Below are positions 53,155-62,064 of a DNA stretch of 64,000 bases, piece after piece. Numbering within the stretch: position 1 is the first letter of the stretch; each line of letters opens with the position of its first letter. Origin of the DNA: an uncultured Flavobacteriales bacterium (GTDB taxonomy: Bacteria > Bacteroidota > Bacteroidia > Flavobacteriales > TMED113); contig CAYSYA010000002.1 in assembly GCA_964435285.1 (NCBI GenBank), forward strand, positions 38,900 through 102,899, written 5' to 3'. The position numbers were made by a program, and so were the translations under genes. The notes beneath the pieces are model-generated. The model was not told the origin of the DNA. It saw nothing but the letters and a program-made list of their open reading frames with translations, and made no database searches.

Positions 53155-54429
53155 GTGAACAAAGACGATATAATTTTTTCATTAATTGAAAAAGAAAATA
53201 AAAGACAAATTAATGGTATTGAATTAATTGCTTCTGAAAATTATGTAAGTGATCAAGTATTAAAAGTTGCAGGATCATGTTTAACTAATAAATATGCTGA
53301 GGGTTACCCTAAAAAAAGATATTACGGTGGATGTAAATATGTAGATGAAATTGAACAATTGGCAATTAATAGGGCAAAAAAGATATTTGATGTTGATTAT
53401 GTTAATGTTCAACCACATTCTGGTTCTCAAGCTAATTTAGCAGTTTTTATGGCCTGTTTGAAACCTGGAGATCAAATACTTGGTTTTGATTTATCTCATG
53501 GAGGACATTTGACACATGGATCTCCAGTTAATTTTTCTGGTAAGTTATACAAAACATCTTTTTATGGAGTATCTAAAGATACTGGATTAATTGATTATGA
53601 ATCCATGGAGAAAACTGCTCTTGAAAAAAAACCTAAAATGATTATTTGTGGAGCATCTGCATACTCAAGGGACTGGGATTATTCAAGATTTAGAAAAGTA
53701 GCAAATGAAATTGGAGCAATATTATTAGCTGATATTTCTCATCCTGCCGGTTTAATTTCTAAGGGGTTACTAAATAATCCCTTTGATTATTGTCATATTG
53801 TTACATCTACAACTCATAAGACTCTAAGAGGTCCAAGAGGAGGAATAATTATGATTGGCAATGATTTTGAAAATCCATTTGGTGAAACCACTAAAAAAGG
53901 AGAATTAAAAAAAATGTCAACTTTAATCAATTCAGCTGTTTTTCCTGGTTGTCAAGGTGGTCCACTAGAACACTTGATAGGAGCTAAAGCGGTCGCTTTT
54001 TCTGAAATAATGGATGAAAGTTTTTTAGACTATGTCAATCAAGTGAAAAAAAATGCATTTGTTATGGCAGAATCATTAACTTCATTGGGTTATGATATAA
54101 TTTCTTCTGGAACAGATAATCATTGCATTTTAATTGATTTAAGATCAAAAGGTATTACAGGTAAAGATGCTGAATATGCTCTTGGTCTAGCCGATATTAC
54201 TGTAAACAAAAATATGGTGCCATTTGACGACAAATCTCCTTTTGTCACATCAGGAATCAGAATTGGAACACCTGCAATTACAACTAGGGGAGTGAAGGAA
54301 AATGAAGTTAAAAAAATTGTTGAATTTATTGATAAAGCAATTTTTAATTATCAAAATAATAATAAAATGGTAGGACTTTGTGATGAAATAAATAAAATGA
54401 TGTCACAATATCCTATTTTTGCATACTAA
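53155..54429 (+). CDS. glyA: Serine hydroxymethyltransferase
   Basis: GTG start. ELIASENY, and the PLP-lysine motif [15 protein letters not shown]. Confidence 0.93.
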   Translation: MNKDDIIFSLIEKENKRQINGIELIASENYVSDQVLKVAGSCLTNKYAEGYPKKRYYGGCKYVDEIEQLAINRAKKIFDVDYVNVQPHSGSQANLAVFMACLKPGDQILGFDLSHGGHLTHGSPVNFSGKLYKTSFYGVSKDTGLIDYESMEKTALEKKPKMIICGASAYSRDWDYSRFRKVANEIGAILLADISHPAGLISKGLLNNPFDYCHIVTSTTHKTLRGPRGGIIMIGNDFENPFGETTKKGELKKMSTLINSAVFPGCQGGPLEHLIGAKAVAFSEIMDESFLDYVNQVKKNAFVMAESLTSLGYDIISSGTDNHCILIDLRSKGITGKDAEYALGLADITVNKNMVPFDDKSPFVTSGIRIGTPAITTRGVKENEVKKIVEFIDKAIFNYQNNNKMVGLCDEINKMMSQYPIFAY

Positions 54430-54438
54430 ATTATAAAT

Positions 54439-55521
54439 ATGAAATGTGGAATTGTAGGATTACCTAATGTAGGCAAGTCAACTTTATTCAATTGTTTATC
54501 AAGGTCAAAAGCTTTAGCTGCAAACTATCCTTTTGCGACTATTGACCCAAATGTTGGTATAATACCTGTTCCTGATTCTAGATTAAATCAATTATCAGAA
54601 TTATTTAAACCCCAAAATACTTTTCCTGCCACAGTAGAAATTGTTGACATTGCTGGGCTAGTAAAAGGAGCTAGTAAAGGAGAAGGGTTAGGGAATAAAT
54701 TTTTGTCGAACATAAAAGAAACAAATGCAATTATGCATGTATTAAGATGTTTCGATGATGATAATATTACTCACGTAGATGGTTCTGTAAACCCAATTAG
54801 AGACAAAGAAATAATTGATTATGAACTCATGGTAAAAGACATTGAGATTATTGAAAAAAAAATTAATAGTTTATCAAGATTAGCTAATATCGGAGATAAA
54901 ACTGCAGTAAATCAAGTTGATATTTTAAATAATTATAAAGATAAATTATCACAAGGTTATCCTGCTAGATCTGTTAGTTTTGATAACGATGACTTTATTA
55001 ATGAATTACATTTATTGACAAAAAAGCCAGTTCTTTATGTATGTAATGTAGATCAAAATTCACTAAACGGAAATGACTACACAGAATCTGTCTCAGATAA
55101 AATTAAGAATGAAGATTCAAATATGATTATTATTGCAGCAGGTATTGAATCTGAAATTAATGAATTAGATAATATTCAAGACAGAAATGATTTTTTAAAT
55201 GACATAGGTTTAAATGAACCAGGTGTAAATAAAATTATTAGGTCTGTATATTCTTTGTTGGGGCTTCAAACTTTTTTTACTGCAGGAGAAAAAGAAGTTA
55301 AGGCGTGGACTATCAAAGAAGGATCACTTGCTCCCAAAGCTGCTGGAAAAATCCACTCAGATTTTGAAAAAGGATTCATAAGAGCTGAGGTTATCGCATT
55401 CGATGATATGATTAAGTTTGGAAGTGAGTTAACTTGTCGAGAAAATGGTAAAATTTTTATAGAAGGGAAAAATTATTTAGTGAAAGATGGTGATATAATA
55501 CATTTTAGATTTAATATATAG
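54439..55521 (+). CDS. ychF: Redox-regulated ATPase YchF
   Basis: MKCGIVGLPNVGKSTLFN (P-loop), DIAGLVKGAS, and a C-terminal TGS-like region (AWTIKEGSLAPKAAGKIHSDFEKGFIRAEV). Confidence 0.93.
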   Translation: MKCGIVGLPNVGKSTLFNCLSRSKALAANYPFATIDPNVGIIPVPDSRLNQLSELFKPQNTFPATVEIVDIAGLVKGASKGEGLGNKFLSNIKETNAIMHVLRCFDDDNITHVDGSVNPIRDKEIIDYELMVKDIEIIEKKINSLSRLANIGDKTAVNQVDILNNYKDKLSQGYPARSVSFDNDDFINELHLLTKKPVLYVCNVDQNSLNGNDYTESVSDKIKNEDSNMIIIAAGIESEINELDNIQDRNDFLNDIGLNEPGVNKIIRSVYSLLGLQTFFTAGEKEVKAWTIKEGSLAPKAAGKIHSDFEKGFIRAEVIAFDDMIKFGSELTCRENGKIFIEGKNYLVKDGDIIHFRFNI

Positions 55522-55621
55522 TTATAAGGTTTTAATTATTGTTAATAAGTTCTTATCATTTTAATCTTTAATTATTCTTTTTTTATAGTTTGATTATTAT
55601 TTTTAGTATCGTTTATTTTTT

Positions 55622-57466
55622 ATGAGTCAAAATAATTACACTGAAGAAAATATAAAGTCTCTTGACTGGAAGGAGCATATAAGAATGCGTCCTGGTATGT
55701 ATATTGGTAAAAAAGGAGACGGTTCCTCTCCAGATGATGGTATATATGTTTTGTTAAAAGAGATAATGGACAATTGTATGGATGAGTTCGTAATGGGTTT
55801 TGGTAAAACAATTGAAATAAGTGTTAAAAATCAAAAGGTTATAATTAGAGATTTTGGAAGAGGAATTCCATTGGGAAAAGTGATTGATTGTGTTTCTAAA
55901 ATTAATACTGGTGGTAAATACGATACTAAAGCTTTTAAAAAGGCTGTAGGACTGAATGGAGTGGGTACTAAAGCAGTTAATGCTTTGTCAGAACATTTTA
56001 GAGTTCAAAGTATTCGTGATGGTAAAACAAAAATTGTTGAATTTAACAGGGGAGTTATAACTTTTGAAGATGAAGTTAAAGACTCATCCCAAAGAAATGG
56101 AACTAGAATTATGTTTATTCCAGATTCTGAAATTTTTTCCAATTTTAATTTTTTAGACCATCATATTTCTACTATGATTTGGAATTATGTGTACTTAAAT
56201 CCAGGTTTAACAATTATTTATAACAATGTAAAGTTTTTTTCAGAAAATGGATTAAAAGACTTATTGAGTTCAAAATTAGAAACATCTTTGACTTATCCAA
56301 TTATTCATTTGAAAGGAGATGATATAGAAATTGCATTATCTCATTCAAAATCTAAATATGGAGAAACATACTTTTCATTTGTAAATGGTCAACACACTAC
56401 CCAAGGTGGAACTCATCAATCTTCATTCAGAGAAGCAATAGCAAAAACATTCAAAGAATTTTATAATAAAAATTTTGAAGCATCAGACATTAGACAATCT
56501 ATAGTTGCAGCGGTTAGTATAAAGGTTATGGAGCCAGTTTTTGAATCACAAACAAAAACAAAATTAGGTTCAACAGAAATGGGAGATAAACTTCCAACAA
56601 TTAGAACGTACATAAATGATTTTGTTAAAAGAAAACTTGATAATTTTTTACATAGAAATCCAGATATTAGTGAAGTAATTCTTAAAAAAATACAACAAGC
56701 AGAGAAAGAGAGAAAAGAACTAGCTGGAATTAAAAAATTAAGTAGAGAAAGATCAAAAAAATCAAGTTTACATAATAAAAAATTAAGAGATTGTAAGATT
56801 CATTATAATGATTTAAAAAAGGAAAGAAGATTAGAAACAACTTTATTTATAACAGAGGGGGATTCTGCTAGTGGCTCTATAACTAAAGCTAGAGATGTTA
56901 ATACTCAAGCTGTATTTAGTTTAAAAGGGAAACCTTTGAATTGTTTTGGTTTAACAAAAAAGATTGTTTATGAAAATGAGGAGTTTAACTTATTACAAAG
57001 TGCTCTAAATATTGAAAATGAATTAGAAAATTTGAGATATAATAACATAGTAATTGCTACTGATGCCGACGTTGATGGAATGCACATTAGATTATTAATT
57101 ATTACTTTTTTTCTTCAATTTTTTCCTGACTTAGTAAAAGAAGGTCATTTATATATTTTACAGACACCTCTTTTTAGAGTCAGAAATAAAAAAGAAACTA
57201 TTTATTGTTATGATATTAATGAAAAATTAGAGGCTGAGAACAAACTAAATGGAAAATTAGAAATTACTAGATTCAAAGGTTTAGGAGAAATTTCTCCTCA
57301 TGAATTTAAAAACTTCATTGGTTCTAATATTAAATTAGACCCTGTTCTTTTAAAAAATGATTCTGAAATAGAGTCTTTATTGACCTTCTATATGGGAAAG
57401 AATACCCAAGATCGTCAAGCTTTTATTATTGATAACTTAAGAGTTGAAAAAGATATAGTTGATTAG
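55622..57466 (+). CDS. parE: DNA topoisomerase IV subunit B (type IIA topoisomerase ATPase subunit)
   Basis: GHKL ATPase ([16 protein letters not shown]-like: [16 protein letters not shown]) and TOPRIM ([24 protein letters not shown]). At 614 aa and directly upstream of a ParC-like gene, it is topo IV rather than gyrase. Confidence 0.85.
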   Translation: MSQNNYTEENIKSLDWKEHIRMRPGMYIGKKGDGSSPDDGIYVLLKEIMDNCMDEFVMGFGKTIEISVKNQKVIIRDFGRGIPLGKVIDCVSKINTGGKYDTKAFKKAVGLNGVGTKAVNALSEHFRVQSIRDGKTKIVEFNRGVITFEDEVKDSSQRNGTRIMFIPDSEIFSNFNFLDHHISTMIWNYVYLNPGLTIIYNNVKFFSENGLKDLLSSKLETSLTYPIIHLKGDDIEIALSHSKSKYGETYFSFVNGQHTTQGGTHQSSFREAIAKTFKEFYNKNFEASDIRQSIVAAVSIKVMEPVFESQTKTKLGSTEMGDKLPTIRTYINDFVKRKLDNFLHRNPDISEVILKKIQQAEKERKELAGIKKLSRERSKKSSLHNKKLRDCKIHYNDLKKERRLETTLFITEGDSASGSITKARDVNTQAVFSLKGKPLNCFGLTKKIVYENEEFNLLQSALNIENELENLRYNNIVIATDADVDGMHIRLLIITFFLQFFPDLVKEGHLYILQTPLFRVRNKKETIYCYDINEKLEAENKLNGKLEITRFKGLGEISPHEFKNFIGSNIKLDPVLLKNDSEIESLLTFYMGKNTQDRQAFIIDNLRVEKDIVD

Positions 57467-57470
57467 TATT

Positions 57471-60038
57471 ATGAGTGAAAACACCTTAGAAAATAATGAA
57501 GAATTAAATGAGATAACAAAAGTTGTTCCAATTACAGGCATGTATAAAAACTGGTTTTTAGACTATGCTTCATATGTAATACTAGAAAGAGCAGTCCCCT
57601 ATATTTTAGATGGTTTAAAACCTGTGCAAAGAAGAATTCTACATTCATTAAAGGAAATGGATGATGGAAGATATCATAAGGTTGCTAATTTAATAGGAAA
57701 TACAATGAAGTATCATCCACACGGTGATTCATCAATTGGAGACGCTTTAGTTAAATTAGGTCAAAAAGGACTTTTAATTGATATGCAGGGAAATTGGGGT
57801 AATGTGTCAACTGGAGATAAGGCTGCAGCAGCAAGATACATTGAAGCTAGACTTACTCAATTTTCTCTTGATGTTTGCTTTAGTCCAAAAGTAACTAATT
57901 GGAAAAACTCTTACGATGGTAGAGCAAACGAACCAGAATGGCTACCTATTAAATTTCCTTTATTATTATTTCAAGGAGTTGAAGGTATTGCTGTTGGTTT
58001 ATCTACGAAAATATTACCTCATAATTTTAATGAATTAATAGACGCTTCAATTTCAATTTTGAGAGGAAGAAATAAAAAAATTTTACCTGACTTTCAATCA
58101 GGAGGTTTGGCTGATTTTAGTAATTATAACGATGGAAAAAAAGGAGGTAAAGTAAGAGTTAGAGCTAAGATTGAAGAAATAGATAAAAAAACTCTTCAAA
58201 TAACAGAATTGCCTTATAATATTACAACTACTTCATTAATCGATTCAATATTGAGAGCAAATGATAAAGGAAAAATAAAGATTAAAAATATTCAAAATAA
58301 TACCGCTGACAAAGTTGATATAATTATTACAATCACAAATGATGTATCAATTGATAAAACTATTGATGCTCTTTATGCTTTTACAGATTGTGAAATAACT
58401 ATATATCCTACGACATGTGTTATTCAAAATGATTCCCCCATTTTTTCTGACGTATCTTCCATCCTTAAAATTTCAACTGAAAACACTAAATTAATTTTAA
58501 CTCAAGAACTACAAATAAAATTAAATGAACTCAACGAGAAATGGCACAGCGCTACTTTAGAACGAATTTTTATTGAAGAAAAAATATATAGAGATATAGA
58601 AGATGTAGATAGTTGGGAAGGAATAATTGAAGTTATATTTAAAGGATTAAAACCTTTTGTTAAAAATTTAAAAAGAGAAGTTACAGTTGATGATGTAACA
58701 AAATTAACTGAAATTAAAATTAAAAGAATTAGTAAATATGATCTTGACAGAGAAAATGAAAAAGTAAAACAGATTGAAGTATCCATAGAAAATGAACAAA
58801 AAAATTTAGATAACATCACAGATTTTTCAATACAATATTTTAAAAAAATCAAAGAAAAATATGGAAAAGGTAGAGAAAGGAAAACAAAGGAAAGACTTTT
58901 TGATACAATTGTAGCTTCTAAAGTTGCTTTAGCTAATAAAAAATTATATGCAAACAAATTGGAAGGTTTTATTGGCACATCCATGAGAAGGGATGAGTTT
59001 ATTTTAGAATGCTCTGATATTGATGATATAATTGTCTTTAAGAAAGATGGAAGTATGTTAGTAACAAAAGTTTCATCCAAAGTATTTGTTGGGAAAGACA
59101 TTATTCATATTGGTATTTTCAAGAAAAATGACAATAGAACTACATATAATATGATTTACAGAGACAAATCTTCAAATAAAGCATATTTAAAGCGTTTTCC
59201 AGTTAAAGGAATAACAAGAAATAAAGACTATAATTTGGGTAGTAAAAATGGTTCTGATGTGATTTATTTTTCTGCCAACCCTAATGGAGAAGCTGAGTTG
59301 GTTAGTGTTATTTTAAGAGCAAAGGCAAGAATTAAAAAAATAAAATTTGATATAGATTTTTCTGAATATGATATTAAAAGTAGAGGGGTTCGAGGGAATA
59401 TGATATGCAAACACTATGTAAGAAAAATTGAATTAAAAAATAAAGGAGTTTCAACTTTAGCTGCTAAGAAAATTTGGTATGATTCCTCTGTTAATAGATT
59501 AAATGACTTGGGTCATGGAGAATTATTGGGGGATTTCTCAGGTGACGACAAAATTATTCTAGTTTCTGAACTAGGATTTTTTTATTTAACGTCTTATGAT
59601 TTATCTAATCATTTTCCAGAAAATATTAAAATAATTGAAAAGTATAATCCTTCAAGTGTATTAACGTGTATTTATTATAATTCTAAAAATAAACTACACT
59701 ATATTAAAAGATTTAAACCAAAAGAAATTTCTAAAAAACAGTACTATTTACAGGAAAATAAAGGTTTTAATTTAAAATTTATTTTTTTTGGTAGTAAAAT
59801 AATTAAGTTAAATTTTCATAATACAAAAACTGGAAAAATAAGAGAGTCGATTGAATTTGTTTCTTCTGACTTTATCTCTGTTAAAGGATATGAAGCAATT
59901 GGTAAGCAAATTTCACAATATAAGCTGAAGTCTATCGAATTAATTGAAAGTCAAAATATTGAAAAAAACGATAAAGATTTAATAGAAAATGAAGATTTTA
60001 GTAGAAATTCTGGTCAGATAAAGTTAGATTTTAATTAA
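57471..60038 (+). CDS. parC: DNA topoisomerase IV subunit A
   Basis: The track ORF starts at TTG 57459, but the ATG at 57471 gives MSENTLEN. DGLKPVQRRIL, YHPHGDSSIGDA, and the active-site Tyr region AAAARYIEARL. Confidence 0.85.
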   Translation: MSENTLENNEELNEITKVVPITGMYKNWFLDYASYVILERAVPYILDGLKPVQRRILHSLKEMDDGRYHKVANLIGNTMKYHPHGDSSIGDALVKLGQKGLLIDMQGNWGNVSTGDKAAAARYIEARLTQFSLDVCFSPKVTNWKNSYDGRANEPEWLPIKFPLLLFQGVEGIAVGLSTKILPHNFNELIDASISILRGRNKKILPDFQSGGLADFSNYNDGKKGGKVRVRAKIEEIDKKTLQITELPYNITTTSLIDSILRANDKGKIKIKNIQNNTADKVDIIITITNDVSIDKTIDALYAFTDCEITIYPTTCVIQNDSPIFSDVSSILKISTENTKLILTQELQIKLNELNEKWHSATLERIFIEEKIYRDIEDVDSWEGIIEVIFKGLKPFVKNLKREVTVDDVTKLTEIKIKRISKYDLDRENEKVKQIEVSIENEQKNLDNITDFSIQYFKKIKEKYGKGRERKTKERLFDTIVASKVALANKKLYANKLEGFIGTSMRRDEFILECSDIDDIIVFKKDGSMLVTKVSSKVFVGKDIIHIGIFKKNDNRTTYNMIYRDKSSNKAYLKRFPVKGITRNKDYNLGSKNGSDVIYFSANPNGEAELVSVILRAKARIKKIKFDIDFSEYDIKSRGVRGNMICKHYVRKIELKNKGVSTLAAKKIWYDSSVNRLNDLGHGELLGDFSGDDKIILVSELGFFYLTSYDLSNHFPENIKIIEKYNPSSVLTCIYYNSKNKLHYIKRFKPKEISKKQYYLQENKGFNLKFIFFGSKIIKLNFHNTKTGKIRESIEFVSSDFISVKGYEAIGKQISQYKLKSIELIESQNIEKNDKDLIENEDFSRNSGQIKLDFN

Positions 60039-60067
60039 TAGATTTTTTTTTAATGCCTTTTTGTTGA

Positions 60068-60075
60068 TAGATTTG
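60068..60075 (+). promoter_or_regulatory. Candidate -7 promoter element TAnnTTTG (TAGATTTG) upstream of the PorP/SprF gene
   Basis: Exact consensus match, 17 nt upstream of the ATG at 60093. Confidence 0.35.
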
Positions 60076-60092
60076 TAAAATCGGACACACTT

Positions 60093-61025
60093 ATGAAGTA
60101 CAACAAATTATTTTTTTTTCTCATTTGTTTATTAGGTAACTTTGTTTATTCACAACAACTACCTTTAAACAGTCAGTACATATATAATCCATTAGTTATT
60201 AATCCTGCATTTTCTGGAATAACTGAATCTTCTTCAATAATTTTAATGAATAGAAATCAATGGACTGGTTTTGTAGATGAACCTATAAGAACCACTTCCA
60301 TTGCTGCTCATCATGCCTTAAACAATCAAAAACATGGATTAGGTTCTCTACTTTTTTCAGATAGAACAGGGGCAATAAACATTCATGGATTGGATTTAAT
60401 GTACTCATTTAAATTTCCAATTTTTTTGAACTATAATTTATCTTTAGGTATTTCAGGTAATATATATCAGTACGTTTTTGATGATTCTAATTTAAATACT
60501 GCCACATTTGATCCAATTTTGAATGGTGAAATTCAAAAAAAAATAAATTTTGATTCCAACTTTGGTTTTCTTGTTTATGATGATTTTTTATTTTTTGGAG
60601 CTTCTATTGTTAATTTGATTCAATCAAAGGTATTGACACAAGATATTAATGGACCCAATCAATTCGCTAGAAATTATTATTTTTTTGGTGGATATAATTT
60701 TACTGATGAAGTAACAAAAATTGGTTTTGAACAAAGCTTTCTATTAAAAAAGACAGAGTATACAGATTTTCAATATGACATAAATTTAAAAGCTATTTTT
60801 AATAATATTTTTTGGTTAGGTGCTGGATATAGAAGTAATGATGAATTAATTGCTCTTTTTGGCTTTAACTACGATAAATTTTCTTTGATTTATTCGATTG
60901 ATTATAATTATGGAGAAATAGGTAATTACTCTGGAGCTTCTCATGAATTTTCACTAGTTTTTTACTTCAGAAAAGGTTCTAATATCAACTGGGAAAATAA
61001 TAGAATTTTATTTGAAAATTTTTAA
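60093..61025 (+). CDS. PorP/SprF-family type IX secretion system membrane protein
   Basis: Signal peptide, then QQLPLNSQYIYNPLVINPAFSG, the family N-terminal signature. A ~300-aa beta-barrel-like protein ending in an aromatic-rich C-terminus. Confidence 0.8.
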   Translation: MKYNKLFFFLICLLGNFVYSQQLPLNSQYIYNPLVINPAFSGITESSSIILMNRNQWTGFVDEPIRTTSIAAHHALNNQKHGLGSLLFSDRTGAINIHGLDLMYSFKFPIFLNYNLSLGISGNIYQYVFDDSNLNTATFDPILNGEIQKKINFDSNFGFLVYDDFLFFGASIVNLIQSKVLTQDINGPNQFARNYYFFGGYNFTDEVTKIGFEQSFLLKKTEYTDFQYDINLKAIFNNIFWLGAGYRSNDELIALFGFNYDKFSLIYSIDYNYGEIGNYSGASHEFSLVFYFRKGSNINWENNRILFENF

Positions 61026-62041
61026 ATTTTATATCTGCAATCAGGACTTATTTGGATATTTGAAAATTCTTTTTTTCTGAATTTATAATAACCCGATAAC
61101 GCAATCATAGCAGCATTATCCGTTGAGTACTCTATTTTTGGAAAATATGATTTTATTTTTAATTCATTTTCAAGTTTTTTAATCTCTGACCTAAAGTATT
61201 TATTAGAGGCGACTCCACCAGCAATAGCAACATTTTTGACATTATTCATTATAATTGCTCTTTTTAACTTATTAACGAGAGTAGTTACTATTATTTTTTG
61301 TATTGATGCACAAAGATGATGTATATTTTCTTTAATGAAATTTTTATTTTTTCCCATTTCTTTTTTTAAAAACATAAATATTTGAGTTTTTAATCCACTA
61401 AAACTAAAATTTAAATTATCAACATTAGGTTCCGTAAAAATAAATTTATTACAATCTCCTCCAATTGATTTTTTTTCAATTAATGGTCCGCCGGGATATC
61501 CTAATCCTAATAATTTTGCTGATTTATCAAATGCTTCCCCAGCTGAATCATCAAGAGTTTGACCAATAACGCTCATATCTTCTATACTTTTTACTGATAC
61601 TATCTGAGTATGTCCTCCAGAGACTGTCAAGCATAGAAAAGGAAAACTTGGGGGATTAAAATTTTTGTTTTCAATAAAATTAGCAATAACATGGGCCCTC
61701 ATGTGATTAATTTCAATTAGAGGTATTTTTAGACTTAAAGATAAACTTTTTGCAAATGAACATCCTACTAATAATGAACCCAATAATCCAGGTCCCCTAG
61801 TAAAAGCGATTGCATTTAGTTGATTTTTTTTAATATTTGCTATCTTTAAAGCTAGAGAGGTAACAGGTACTATATTTTTTTGATGAGATCTGGATGCAAG
61901 TTCAGGGACAACTCCACCATATTTTTGGTGAATTTTTTGACTTGATACAATATTTGATAGTACTTTTCTGTTATTAGTAATAGCAACTGATGTATCATCA
62001 CAAGATGATTCAATCCCAAGTATGTATATGTCTTTTTTCAT
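61022..62041 (-). CDS. tsaD: tRNA N6-adenosine threonylcarbamoyltransferase
   Basis: ILGIESSCDDTSVA, VSGGHTQ and GYPGGP are typical Kae1/TsaD blocks. Confidence 0.93.
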   Translation of the reverse strand: MKKDIYILGIESSCDDTSVAITNNRKVLSNIVSSQKIHQKYGGVVPELASRSHQKNIVPVTSLALKIANIKKNQLNAIAFTRGPGLLGSLLVGCSFAKSLSLSLKIPLIEINHMRAHVIANFIENKNFNPPSFPFLCLTVSGGHTQIVSVKSIEDMSVIGQTLDDSAGEAFDKSAKLLGLGYPGGPLIEKKSIGGDCNKFIFTEPNVDNLNFSFSGLKTQIFMFLKKEMGKNKNFIKENIHHLCASIQKIIVTTLVNKLKRAIIMNNVKNVAIAGGVASNKYFRSEIKKLENELKIKSYFPKIEYSTDNAAMIALSGYYKFRKKEFSNIQISPDCRYKI

Positions 62042-62064
62042 TTATGAATATAAAGTTATAAATA

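Noticed and set aside
58502-59101. 199-aa ORF antisense to parC, surprisingly long for an AT-rich genome
   Set aside because: It lies entirely inside a well-supported parC frame. Its product is low-complexity Ser/Phe/Leu/Ile-rich, as expected from the reverse complement of Lys/Glu/Asn-rich codons (AAA/GAA/AAT read as TTT/TTC/ATT contain no stops). It has no start-site context or motif support.
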